Made by a program: the position numbers and the translations under genes. This document shows, piece by piece, positions 44,616 to 54,500 of a stretch of 64,000 nt of DNA; position 1 is the stretch's first letter; each line of letters starts with the position of its first letter. The DNA lies in NCBI GenBank assembly GCA_013416795.1, contig RQSC01000027.1, positions 790,251-854,250 of the forward strand, given 5' to 3'. The notes under the pieces were generated by a model. That model made no database searches, had not been told where the DNA came from, and saw only the letters and a program-made list of their open reading frames with translations. This stretch comes from Prasinococcaceae sp. CCMP 1430. Its lineage: Eukaryota > Plantae > Prasinodermophyta.

Positions 44616-46593
44616 CTACAACTCCCAGCCGAACTTCTCACGGAGCGGCATGCCCAAGAGCTGCTCGGTTGCAACCACGTACGGCTCGCACACTTTGCGC
44701 ACCTTGGCTCGCGCCGCCGCGTCTAGTAGGTCGGGTCCGTCTGGCGCGTGTGCGTTTCTGTGCATGCCGAGCGCCTCCGCCGTGTAGTTGTGTGGCATGA
44801 TGCCGATATGGGCCTCCACTCGTCGCTGAGAGGCGGAGCGACGCGCGAGCGGACCGCTGTCAGAGTCGTGTGGGCACGAACGCGAGCAATGCGGGCTGCT
44901 GTTGTGGCCTGCCGGCGTGCGCAGACAGAGGGGTAGTGCCCTTGAGAAAATTCACGCCCGCGAGAGGGGAGCAAGCTTGCGAGCGAGCGCAGCGGGCATG
45001 CGCCAGCACAGCACGACAACTCACCATCACCTCAAGCGGTTCGTCGCTGAGGGCATTGGTAAGCTCCACGTGCAGCGCCTCGCGCGGGAAATGCTCGAGC
45101 CAGTCGGCAATCCCGTACGGGAGGTCCTTGCACAGCGCGTACAGCGGCATGTTTGGGTCATCCAGAGCATCGTTGAATGCGCGCGTGAAAGCCTCGCCAT
45201 CCAATCCCTTCCCCTGTGCCCACCGGCTCTTGATCCATTCCGCGGGATCCCGCAGGAGCATGAGCAGCTTTGCACCCGGCGCGACCGCCGCCAGCCGCGT
45301 GGCGGTGCCGCGAAAGCGCCAATACGACGGCGTCTTCTCGCCCGACACCAACACGCCACCTGCCTCGCGCAAGCCGCGCTGGAAGAGAGTGGCGTACCCG
45401 ACGCGTGCCGCGGACACAACAGAGGCAGGCATCGCCCCGGGGTCGACCGCTCCTCCGGATCGCCCACCCTCCCCATTCCCCGCGCCCTCGTCAGGCCCGA
45501 CGAGCGGCCAGGCCAGCGAGAGGTACCAGGTTTCCCTCCATGGCTTGTGCAGACCCACAACGTTGGGTGCCACCTGCGGATGCGCCGCGAGGCGATCCAT
45601 CAGCGTCGTGCTGCCGCCGTGGCCCACGCCGATGTACACGAAGCGCGGCAAACAGAACGAACCCAGCGCGCGGGGCGACTGCGACGCCGACTGAATCCCC
45701 CTCAAGCCGCGCGTGACATTGGGCGCGCGCCCCGCGACGGGCGTGTGCACGTTGCCGCTGAGCGCCCGCCCCCGCAAACCCGCTCGGCGTGCCAACGAGG
45801 CACCTGCACGCGCCCTCCCCGCGGCCTCCCTCGGCCCCGCCATGCCTCTCTGTCTGAGCAGCTCCTCTGCGCGCTCTTGTTCTGCGGCATTTAGGCAGTC
45901 AGGCTGGTGCAAGTAGGGAGCGGGGATGGCCGCGGCGCGCGGCGCCAGGACAGGCGAATGCGCGTGGCCCAGCCTGTAGGCTCTCGGCACGCGCGCCCCT
46001 GTGCTCGCGCCGGCCTCGCGCAGCGGCGTGCCCGCAGTCGTGCACCGCTGGGTCTTCATCGTGCGCGCGTCGGCGCACATTGCATCATTCAGCCGCGGCT
46101 CGTCGGGCAGCGCGTCGAGCGGCGCCACGCGCGCCACCGCCGCCGCCGCCACCAGCGCAAGCGCCAGCGCCAGCGCGAGTGCCAGCGCCAATGCGCTCGC
46201 CCCCGATCCAGCGCCGCGCGCCGCGCGCACACATGGGCGCCGACGCGCGCGCCAAGCGGCGCCGCCCGCCTGCGCTGTGGCCCCTCGATGCCCCACTTCC
46301 CACCCCACCCCAACGCCCGCTCCCCACGTCCTCCTCCCCCGCACCCCACGCGCATCGGCTGCACCCCCTGGCCTGCTCCGCACCACCCTGCGCACCTGGC
46401 GTGACGCACTGGGTTCAGGTTTGAGTTTGGGGTTGCGGTTTGGAAAAAGGGTATAGATGCGAGCGAACGATCGAGTGCGCGAATTGGGCGCCAGACGCGA
46501 GTGGTTGGCGGCGCGCGGCGGCGCGCCACACGCGCGCGCGCGGCGCGGCGGCCAGGAGTGCGCCGGGCGCGCCTCCTTCTGTCCCCCTCCCAT
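44616..46593 (-). CDS. Type II membrane sulfotransferase, heparan-sulfate 3-O/N-sulfotransferase fold; last exon 44825-44616
   Basis: 5'-PSB-like YIGVGHGGSTTL..LAAHP, SGEKTPSY, 3'-PB LLRDPAEWIKS, signal anchor LALALALALALVAAAAV. Intron 44826-45024 (GTGAGT...CTCAG). The start codon is uncertain. Confidence 0.8.
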
Positions 46594-46868
46594 CTCCCAC
46601 CCAACGACCTCGCCCCTTGCAACGGGTTGCTCTCCTCGCAGGGACGCGCGTCTCGCTCGCGCAGCGACCGAGAGGCCTCGCGCTTCCTCGTGGATGCTCG
46701 CGGCGGCGGTGGCGCGCGCGGCGGCGGCGGCGGCGAGGGCGCGCGGGCGCGCGCGCAGGCGCGCGGCAGCAGCGGCAGCTGCAGCGGCCGCGGAGGCCGT
46801 TGACGGCGTTGGCAGCCAAGGGGGTGGCGGCGGCGGGCCCTAGCAGGAAGCCGTGCGCGGGTCTCGGC

Positions 46869-47810
46869 ATGGACGCCTCGCAGAAGTACCTATTCGACAC
46901 GCTCGGCTACGTCGTCGTGCGTGGCGCGCTGAGCGCCGACGAGGTTGCCGCGGCCAATGCAGCGATCGACCGGCGGCGGGAGAGCGAGCTGCACGAGCGC
47001 GCGCGCACGCCGTCGCTCAGGCTCTCCGGCGGGTCTAAGAGCTTGGAAGGCGACGGCAAGACGGGCCGCGTGGACTGTGGCACTGTGCTCAGCTGGCCTT
47101 CGCCTGACGGCGACGTCTTCCGCCGCCTGCTGGCTCACCCCTCGCTCGTGCCATATGTCAACGACCTGTGCTGCCCGGGCTATCGCCTCGACCACTCGCC
47201 GCTGCTAATCGTGCAGCAGAAGGGAGCGGAAGGCTTCGAGCTGCACGGTGGCAACCTCGGGGCCACGGGCGAGTGGAACTACCAGACTGCGTACGTGTAC
47301 CAGGGCGAGCGCTGCCACAACTTCCTGCTCAATATGAGCATCGCGCTCACCGACAACGACGGCTCCAGCGGTGGCTTCGCGGTGTTGCCCGGCAGCCATA
47401 AGAGCAACCTGGCTCCGCCCGGCGGACTACGCGCCTGCGAGCCCGAGTACATGAGCATGCTGCAGCGCCCGGCGCTCAAGGCGGGTGACGCCATCCTCTT
47501 CTCTGAGGGTACGCTGCACGGCACGCTGCCGTGGACGGGCGAGGACGAGCGCCGTGCCGTCTTCTTCCGCTTCACAATGCCCACGCATGCGTACGCCCGG
47601 GGATACACCGAGGGCTGGCCAGAAGACGTGCTGGACAAGGTCACTGACGAGCAACGCGTGGTGCTCGAACCGCCATACGCAGTGCGCCTGAACCGCAACA
47701 CGCTGCGCGCGCCGACGGATGGCGGGGACGTGGAGCGCGTCGTTGCGCAGCCGCGCGATCCCAAGAAGGTCGAGTTCGACGAGACTGTCTTCAAACGCGC
47801 CTACTTTTAG
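46869..47810 (+). CDS. Fe(II)/2-oxoglutarate oxygenase, phytanoyl-CoA dioxygenase (PhyH) family, with an H-G-G motif
   Basis: YLFDTLGYVVV..AL, ELHGG, SIALTD...GGFAVLPGSHK, KAGDAILF....HGT.PW, RR.VF. Confidence 0.88.
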   Translation: MDASQKYLFDTLGYVVVRGALSADEVAAANAAIDRRRESELHERARTPSLRLSGGSKSLEGDGKTGRVDCGTVLSWPSPDGDVFRRLLAHPSLVPYVNDLCCPGYRLDHSPLLIVQQKGAEGFELHGGNLGATGEWNYQTAYVYQGERCHNFLLNMSIALTDNDGSSGGFAVLPGSHKSNLAPPGGLRACEPEYMSMLQRPALKAGDAILFSEGTLHGTLPWTGEDERRAVFFRFTMPTHAYARGYTEGWPEDVLDKVTDEQRVVLEPPYAVRLNRNTLRAPTDGGDVERVVAQPRDPKKVEFDETVFKRAYF

Positions 47811-47852
47811 GAGCCACCAGGGAATTGTAATTACCGCCGCTGAGCACGCACG

Positions 47853-50051
47853 TCAGGTGGTTTTGTCCCGCCTTTTCACCCTTGCCTTGAGCTTGTTGTC
47901 GGTGGCGTCGAGGCGCGCCTGCTCGTCGAGTGGCAGCTCACTGAAGCACAGCTCGCACAGGCACTTGGACATGAGCCCACACTCACCGAAAGCACCGTGC
48001 GGCGAGTACCGCGTGTGTTTGATACAAAAGACGCCCTGGCAATCCCTGCAGTAGTGTCGCGTCATGCTACTCAGTCTGCGCGGCCGCAGGGACATGAGGA
48101 AGGGGCATGGGCGTCAGCACAGCACCGTGCGTTAGGCGATGCGCGTGCGCGTGCGCATCAAGGTATGCGGGTCTATCATTCGCGCGACGTACGAGAACCT
48201 CTTGAACTCCTTGTCGCAGCTGGGTGCGTGGCAGTGCGAGCGCACAGCGCTCGGTGCAGACGGCGCTCTGCCGACTCCTCTGCTGCTGCCCCCAGAAGCC
48301 GCAAGCGACACACGCCTCCGCTGCCGGCTTGCGTCGAGCGCCTTCGCGGCTGCGCGACGCCAGCGGCCGCCGGCGCTACCGTCAGTGCTGTTGTTGGCGC
48401 CCGCAGGAAAGGAGGGTGCGCGCGCGGTGCCATTAGCGATGCCGTTTGGCGTCGGTGCAGTCGCCTCCTCTGCTGCTGCTCCTGCGCGCGTACTCACTGG
48501 CCCTGCGGGCGGTCGCGTGAGTGTGGCGGTGCGTGCTCCAGCCAGCTCGCCCACCTCACCGGAGCTCTCACCATCGCCTCGCTCGCCATCACGAACGGAG
48601 TCACCCTCATCGCCTTCGCTGCTGCCGCCCATTCCGCCTGCTCTTGCGCTACCATTAGCGCGCCGCGCCACCCAGCGCAGCCCTACTGCGGCAGCGATGG
48701 CCACCAAGTTCAGGGCCAACGAGCGCAGCAGGGACGCGACCCACGCAAGGATGCCGCCGCCTCTGTGCCGAGGCATTTCTTGGACCCCCCCCTCGGAACC
48801 AACGCACGCCCCCGCGCCGTCGCAGCACTGGACTACAGCCCATTTGCCACCGCTGTGGAAGTTCCACGCCCGCACGCGGAATTCGCAAGCGGGCGCGCCG
48901 CTACCAGCCGCGTGGAAACGCGCGAGCGCATCGGGGTACGGGCCTGCGCCACCATTCCGGTCCTCAGCTGGCGGCACGTAGTGAATCACCTCGGAGACCG
49001 GCGTGGCTTCCGCGACGGCGGCGTGCACCCACTCGGAACCGCCCCATCGACCGCCGCTTGCACTCTGCACCTCGTAGCCATGCGTGGGCGGGTCGCCAAG
49101 CTCTTCGGGAGGTGCCCATCGCACGCTAGCCACACTGCCAGCGGCCACGCTACTACCCAGCACCTGCGCGCCATGCGTATGGCACGAGCACGACGGCGTG
49201 CCCACCACGCCAGGCCCCGTGCCTATGTCGAGCAATTTCCACTTCAGCGCGCGCAGGATCTTCTGCCTGTGAAGCGTTGAAGTCACACCGAGCTCCTCGG
49301 AGAGGATGTCCGGCGCGTTTACGATGGTAGCAAACTCGAGCGCTGTGACAGCGGCGGCAATGAAGGCTGGTGCGTACTGGGGCAGCTGCAGACCGTGCGC
49401 CACCCAGTCGGCCACGCCTTCGACCGTGAGTAGCGCGCGCAACGAGCCGCCTGCGCGCACGTGCGAGTCGAGCTCATCCACGGACACGGTCTCGTCTGCG
49501 TCGGCCGACGAGTCCAGCGCAACGAGCAGTGCGCTCGCGCCGCGCTCGATTTCGCCTGCTTCGTCAAACTGAGTGCCACCCACCTCCCCTCGCAGATAGT
49601 TCTTGGCCTCATCGTGCTCGATCTGGCCGTCCCCGTCTTCGTCGAGCGCCACGAAGAATTCGGCGATATCCGAGCGCGAGCCGCGCGGGACGGCCTGGGG
49701 CGGCGCCAAGTCCCCATCCCCCGGCGCTGCGTCGCGGGCGCCCGCGCCGAGCACAACCTCGGAGGCCGCAGCCAAGGCTGCCGCGGTCGCCAAGGCCGCA
49801 GCCGCCGCCGCGCGCGCACACGCCGCCGCTGGCCGCCTCCGGTCGTGCGCATCGCGCACGCCCGGCGGCGCCTCTGGCGCCGGCGCGCGCGTGCACGCGC
49901 CAGGTGCCACCGTCCGCCAGAGTATCTGCACAGGTGTCAGGTGTGTCACACACGCACGCGGACCGCGGACGCCACCAAAAAAAAAAACAGCTTTGACGAG
50001 CGTTCGCTTTCCGCTGTTCCCCGAACGCCCGCTTTTCGGTGCCTTTTCCAT
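47853..50051 (-). CDS. STIM-like type I membrane protein: signal peptide, EF-hand, hidden EF-hand, SAM, FN3, TM, FYVE-like finger; last exon 48075-47853
   Basis: EF loop DEDGDGQIEHDE; TVSVDEL; SAM LTVEGVADWVAHGLQLPQY...HRQKILRAL; FN3 VRWAPP..GDPPTHGYEV...EFRVRAWN; TM ILAWVASLLRSLALNLVAIAAAVGL followed by RWVARR. Intron 48076-48192 joins CHAPSC.KEF to RHYCRDCQGVFC..H...CLCELC. The 5' end is uncertain. Confidence 0.82.
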
Positions 50052-50251
50052 CGAAAATATTCGTCGAGAGAAAAAGTCGACATCGCACATCAAATCGAGG
50101 GCGGCGGGGGGCACATCAGGGCGGAGGGGCCGTTGACCGATGGCGTGAAGTGGTGCACACTGCACTCGGAGCGTGGTCGCATTTGAACTCGGGCGGCGCG
50201 GCGCGCGCCACAGCGGTGTCGCACCGCGAGGGCGGCCCAGGCGCGAGCCCG

Positions 50252-50296
50252 CCCCCCCCCCCCCCCCNNCCCCCCCCCCCCCCCCCCCCCCCCCCC
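50252..50296. repeat. Poly-C homopolymer (about 45 nt, containing NN)
   Basis: Read directly; lies between the divergent STIM-like and Chibby-like genes. Confidence 0.85.
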
Positions 50297-50428
50297 GCGT
50301 TCCCAAGCGGGACGCGCGAGCTCTGAGGGTGGGGCCAGGTTGCGTGGGCTGGCGCGGGAACTTGGCGCGGCGCGGCGCGGCGCGGCGCACGACGGGGCGG
50401 GGTGCACGCGCGTGCGCGGGGAGCAGCC

Positions 50429-51460
50429 ATGGGCTTCTTCAAGAAGAAGCGTGCGCCCATCACTAACGCGGCGGGCGTCGCTGCGGCCGCTGAGAAGCAG
50501 GCGGTCGACGTGAGGCTCACAAAGAAGAAATACAAGCTCGAAGATGAAGGGTGGAAGTGCGTGTGCGCGCGTCATGGCTCAGCGCTGGCGTCCGCTGTCC
50601 GCGGCCACTTCGCCGCGTCCACACGTCCGCACGTGCGCAGGCACCCGCACACGCGCGGTTGCACTTTGCCCTGACCCACGTGCGTCGTGCACCAACGCGC
50701 TCGCACGCGCGTGTGTGTTGGGTCCTATCTCACACTCTGATGTGGTCAGGTCGGAGGGCGGTACAAGCGCAGACGAGGAAGGGGCAAGCGGCTCAGGTGC
50801 AGGGCTACGCGAAGCGCAGCGCGAGCTGGCGTCCGCACGCGCCTGCATCGGTGAGCTCGAGAGCGCCGTCACAGCGCTGCAGGTGCGTCGTTGCTGCTCC
50901 GTCGTGTGACGCATGCAGAGCGCGCCGCTTGGACCTTGCTGCCACGGCAGCATTGCGCCGACGCCTGCACTGCTGTGTTTTGGTCCCTTCACAACGCTGT
51001 CGCACGTCAGGGTAGCCGCGTGCGCTGACATGGGCCGTGACACCGCCGTCCTCATGCCGCGAGCGAGCGCAGGCAGCGCTTGGCGAGGCGCGCGCGCGCG
51101 CGACCGCCGAGGGCGAAAAGTACAACCTCATCGAGTTCAAGTACCAGCTCCTGGTTGACATGTGGACAATGAGGGTGCTCGACAACGGTGCGGATCCGGG
51201 CTCGCTTGGCGAATGCTCGACTTGACGCAGTCGGGATTGCAACAGCTGACCCAACCCATTCACGCCTCCCGAAACGAACCCAAACACACTCACACACACT
51301 CGTTCCCTTCATCCCTCTGCCCCCAATCTCCACGCAACACACGCACACCGGCGGCGCCGCGCGCGCGTGATCTGCGTCCATAGATGCTGCGACCGCGCAA
51401 GAGGAGGCGGCAGCGCTGCAGGCCGAGCAGCAGGCCCCTGCACCCGTCGAGGCGGCGTAG
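50429..51460 (+). CDS. Chibby (CBY1)-like small coiled-coil protein; 4 exons (50429-50556, 50750-50882, 51073-51187, 51384-51460)
   Basis: MGFFKKK..., VRLTKKKYKLEDEGWK and YNLIEFKYQLLVDM parallel Chibby's MPFF, MNLAGQSLKFENGQW and NNLLRLKVDILLDM. All junctions are GT-AG and keep the frame. Confidence 0.65.
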
Positions 51461-51528
51461 AGCGCTCTGACATGCATTGTAGATTTACATGACAGAGATT
51501 CCGGCCAACGCGCCCGCACGTAAAGGCG

Positions 51529-54500
51529 CTACACGGCGGCAGGCAGCACATCCTTCGCGACCTTCACATTCATCCCCGCCGCCATGACGCGCGTAAGGTC
51601 AGCTCCGTGCTCGCTTATCGTGAGCATCCACGAGAGCATGAGCACGACTGGCGCGGGAAGCGCTGCGCGTAGCGCAGCCCCGCCACCGGCCTCGCGCTCG
51701 AGCTCGTCCCGGAGGACGACAATCTCACGACCAATTTGCGGGTCCACCGTCGCTGGGTCAAAGCTTAGGATGGCATGGCGCACCGACTGTTTTCGTGAGG
51801 TCCGCGCCGGTACATCGAGGTAGCGCGGGCAGCGCGCGTCAGCGCAATCCGAGATGTGGTAGCACACTAGCAGGTTGCGCCCGGCACCGCGCGCGCCCAC
51901 TCCCTGAGCGCTCGCTATGCTCGCTCAGACGACGTACCTGCTTGCGCAGCATTAAGCGAATCGAGTGCCAGTCACTGGTGCCGCGCCTCGCATCCGTCCA
52001 TTTGAGGTACCCAAGCATGGCCAGCATGCACTGCAGAATGCGGCTGACTGAGGGCGCCACCTCGTTGTAACTCGTCACCTCAGCAACAAACTTGCGCGAA
52101 GCCTGCCCCTCCCAGAAGCGTTGGGCAGTCCGGCAGACCTCTACTCCTCGCGCGAGCTCCGCGCTCACCGGAATGGGCGCTTCCTTGGGGCGCGCGTGCC
52201 GCGAGCGCCACCATGCTATCTTGCTGATGGCTGCAAATGCCCCCCATCGCTTCGTTGAGTTCATCCTCTCCGGCGAAACTATGTTTTGATTGCTGGGCTT
52301 CGTGACCCTCTCCGGCTCAGGCGAAACTGTGTTGTGATTGCTGGGCTTGTCCTGCTCACCGTCGCTCGACCGCGAGCGCCGCAGCAGAAAGATCGCGACA
52401 GCCAACACTGCGACACCTCCGGCTCCTCCAGCAATGGCTGCGATGGGCAAGCCGCCACCACTGTCGCTGTCGTCATCGCTGTCTACAAGCGCTGGGGGTA
52501 CAAGCGCGGGGGGAGGTGCGGCCGCGTAGCAGCCCGCGTCCTTGCCCGAGGCCGTGGCGCTGCGCTCGTACAGCTCATCGATGCTCGAGACGGGTGAGAA
52601 GTAGATAAGCTCCTCGGCGTCGCACGTGCACTCACCCGCGAGGCACTGGGCACCGTCGCCACGGCAAACGGGCACGCAGGGTGCTTCCTCGGGCTCCGAG
52701 ATGCGCACGTCGGTCACCTCGAGCACCTGTGCGTCCGCCATCAGCGTCACGCCTGCCGTCACCCTCTGCTCGAGCAGAACAGCCAGCGCTTCGAGGCCAT
52801 TCCCCGCCACTGCTGGTTGTGGAGTGCCAGCCGTCGGAATCTCCGGCGCGCCGGCTTCCCGCACGGGCGCGGGCGGCGGTGGTACGTTGCCGTCGTCAGT
52901 TCTCTCGGGAAGGACGGCGAAATCCACTTGCACGCCGCCTGCCGTCTGCGCGAGCGAGCGCCGCTGGCCGACTCGCCTCGCGGGGACAGCAATCACATCA
53001 ATAACGCGAATGCGATCAAAGCTAATGCCGAGCGTGAAGGCGAGGTTTGAGACGAACTCGTCGGTGCCGCCGGCGTCGTAGAAGTCTTCCACGCTCAGTG
53101 CCATCGTGAGGCTCGCCTGGACAGCGTCAATGATGGTCACGGTCACGTCATCGTCAGCTCCGATCACGACCACCAAACGCCTTGACGGATTATCCCAGTG
53201 ATGAGCACCCGAAACGTCCAAGGCGGTCGGCACCGCTGATGACGGCGACACGAGCTGGCCTCCCACGCGCACCTCGTGCAGCTCGGGGGAGGTGTATGCG
53301 ATTCTCACTGCTACGCGTAGGCCGTCCATGGCCACATGCGCGCCGCCGTACCTGAGCCGCAGCTTCCGCGGTGGCGTGCCCGCGAACGTCAGGTTCCACG
53401 TGCGGCGCGCCTCAACCAGCACAGGGAAGCGGCTCAAGCGCAAGAGAGATGTATATCCCTGGTCCCAGCGGTGGTCCATGAAGCTGTTGAGCACGGTCGC
53501 CGCCGGAAAAGGCAGGCCATCGGCGGCCGACTCGGCCTCAAGGCGTACGGGGTGCAGCCTGCGGGTGAACCTGTCAGCGTCTAGGCTCTCAAAGCTGAGC
53601 ATCCCAAAGTCCGTGCCCGTGCATGCGTAGCCATTCCAGTGCGTCACGAAGGCGCAACGCGAATCGCTGTTGAGCAGCTGCGCCGCGTGGGGCAGTACCT
53701 GCACCCCCCAAGCAGCGCCGCCCGCGGCGGACGCCGCGCCGCCAAGTGATGCAAGTGCAGCGCCGAGAACGCCGTCGGAGCCCGCCTCCTCGACGAGCGT
53801 GTTGAGCAGGCCCGTGCAGTCCATGTCGACGCAGTCATCAACTGTCAGCCACCCTGGGTCCGGCGAGACGAAGTAAGCGAGCGCCTCGGGCGCCACGCGC
53901 TGCGTAGTCACGGACTCGGCAAATTTCGTTGGCGTGGTGACATCGGGCGACTGGGGGTTGAGTGAAATCGCGGCGTGGCCTTCGAGATTCCCGCATCCGG
54001 AGGCCGTGTTCCAATCGGCCAGCAGCGTGCGCTTGACCGTTAGCTGGCCCGCGAAGGCAGCGTCCGCCATGATGCCGTGGTAGTCTTGGTAAGTCGGCTG
54101 TCTTGGAAAGGGCATGGGACTACCCGTCGCCCACATGCCTGGCACGATGCCGCGGCGTGGCCCGCAGCCCAACGACCCACACGCTCGCGCGCCGCCGTCA
54201 AATCCACAGCCACCCGCGCCACCGGGCGAGGCGCCGATGACGACCGCGTCCTGCACGAGCACTTCCCCCGCGTCGTCGCCCAGCGCGTCCGCGGGCACAG
54301 GCACGATCGCCACGCCGATCAGATTATCGGCCAACCAGGTCTTCTCAACGATCACCCGCTCAGCGGCCTCGCGGAAGGCAAGGGCTGTCTCCCAGGTGCG
54401 ATGCACGGCAACACCCGAGAGACGCGCGCAGCCCTGCTCGCCTGACGACGGCCTCCGCATGGCTAGCCATCCCTCCCGCATTGAGTGTGCGACATTTGCC

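Noticed and set aside
1494-47810. Bacterial contamination or a recent HGT island (YaaA, PBP1A, DUF72, PhyH-like)
   Set aside because: YaaA, PBP1A and DUF72 carry canonical host-type introns, share host codon style, and are interspersed with core eukaryotic genes.
51904-51937. Possible 34-nt micro-intron in the fibrocystin-like gene
   Set aside because: A downstream acceptor at 51787, with a GCTGAC branch point, gives a normal 151-nt intron and a better dynein-MTBD alignment.
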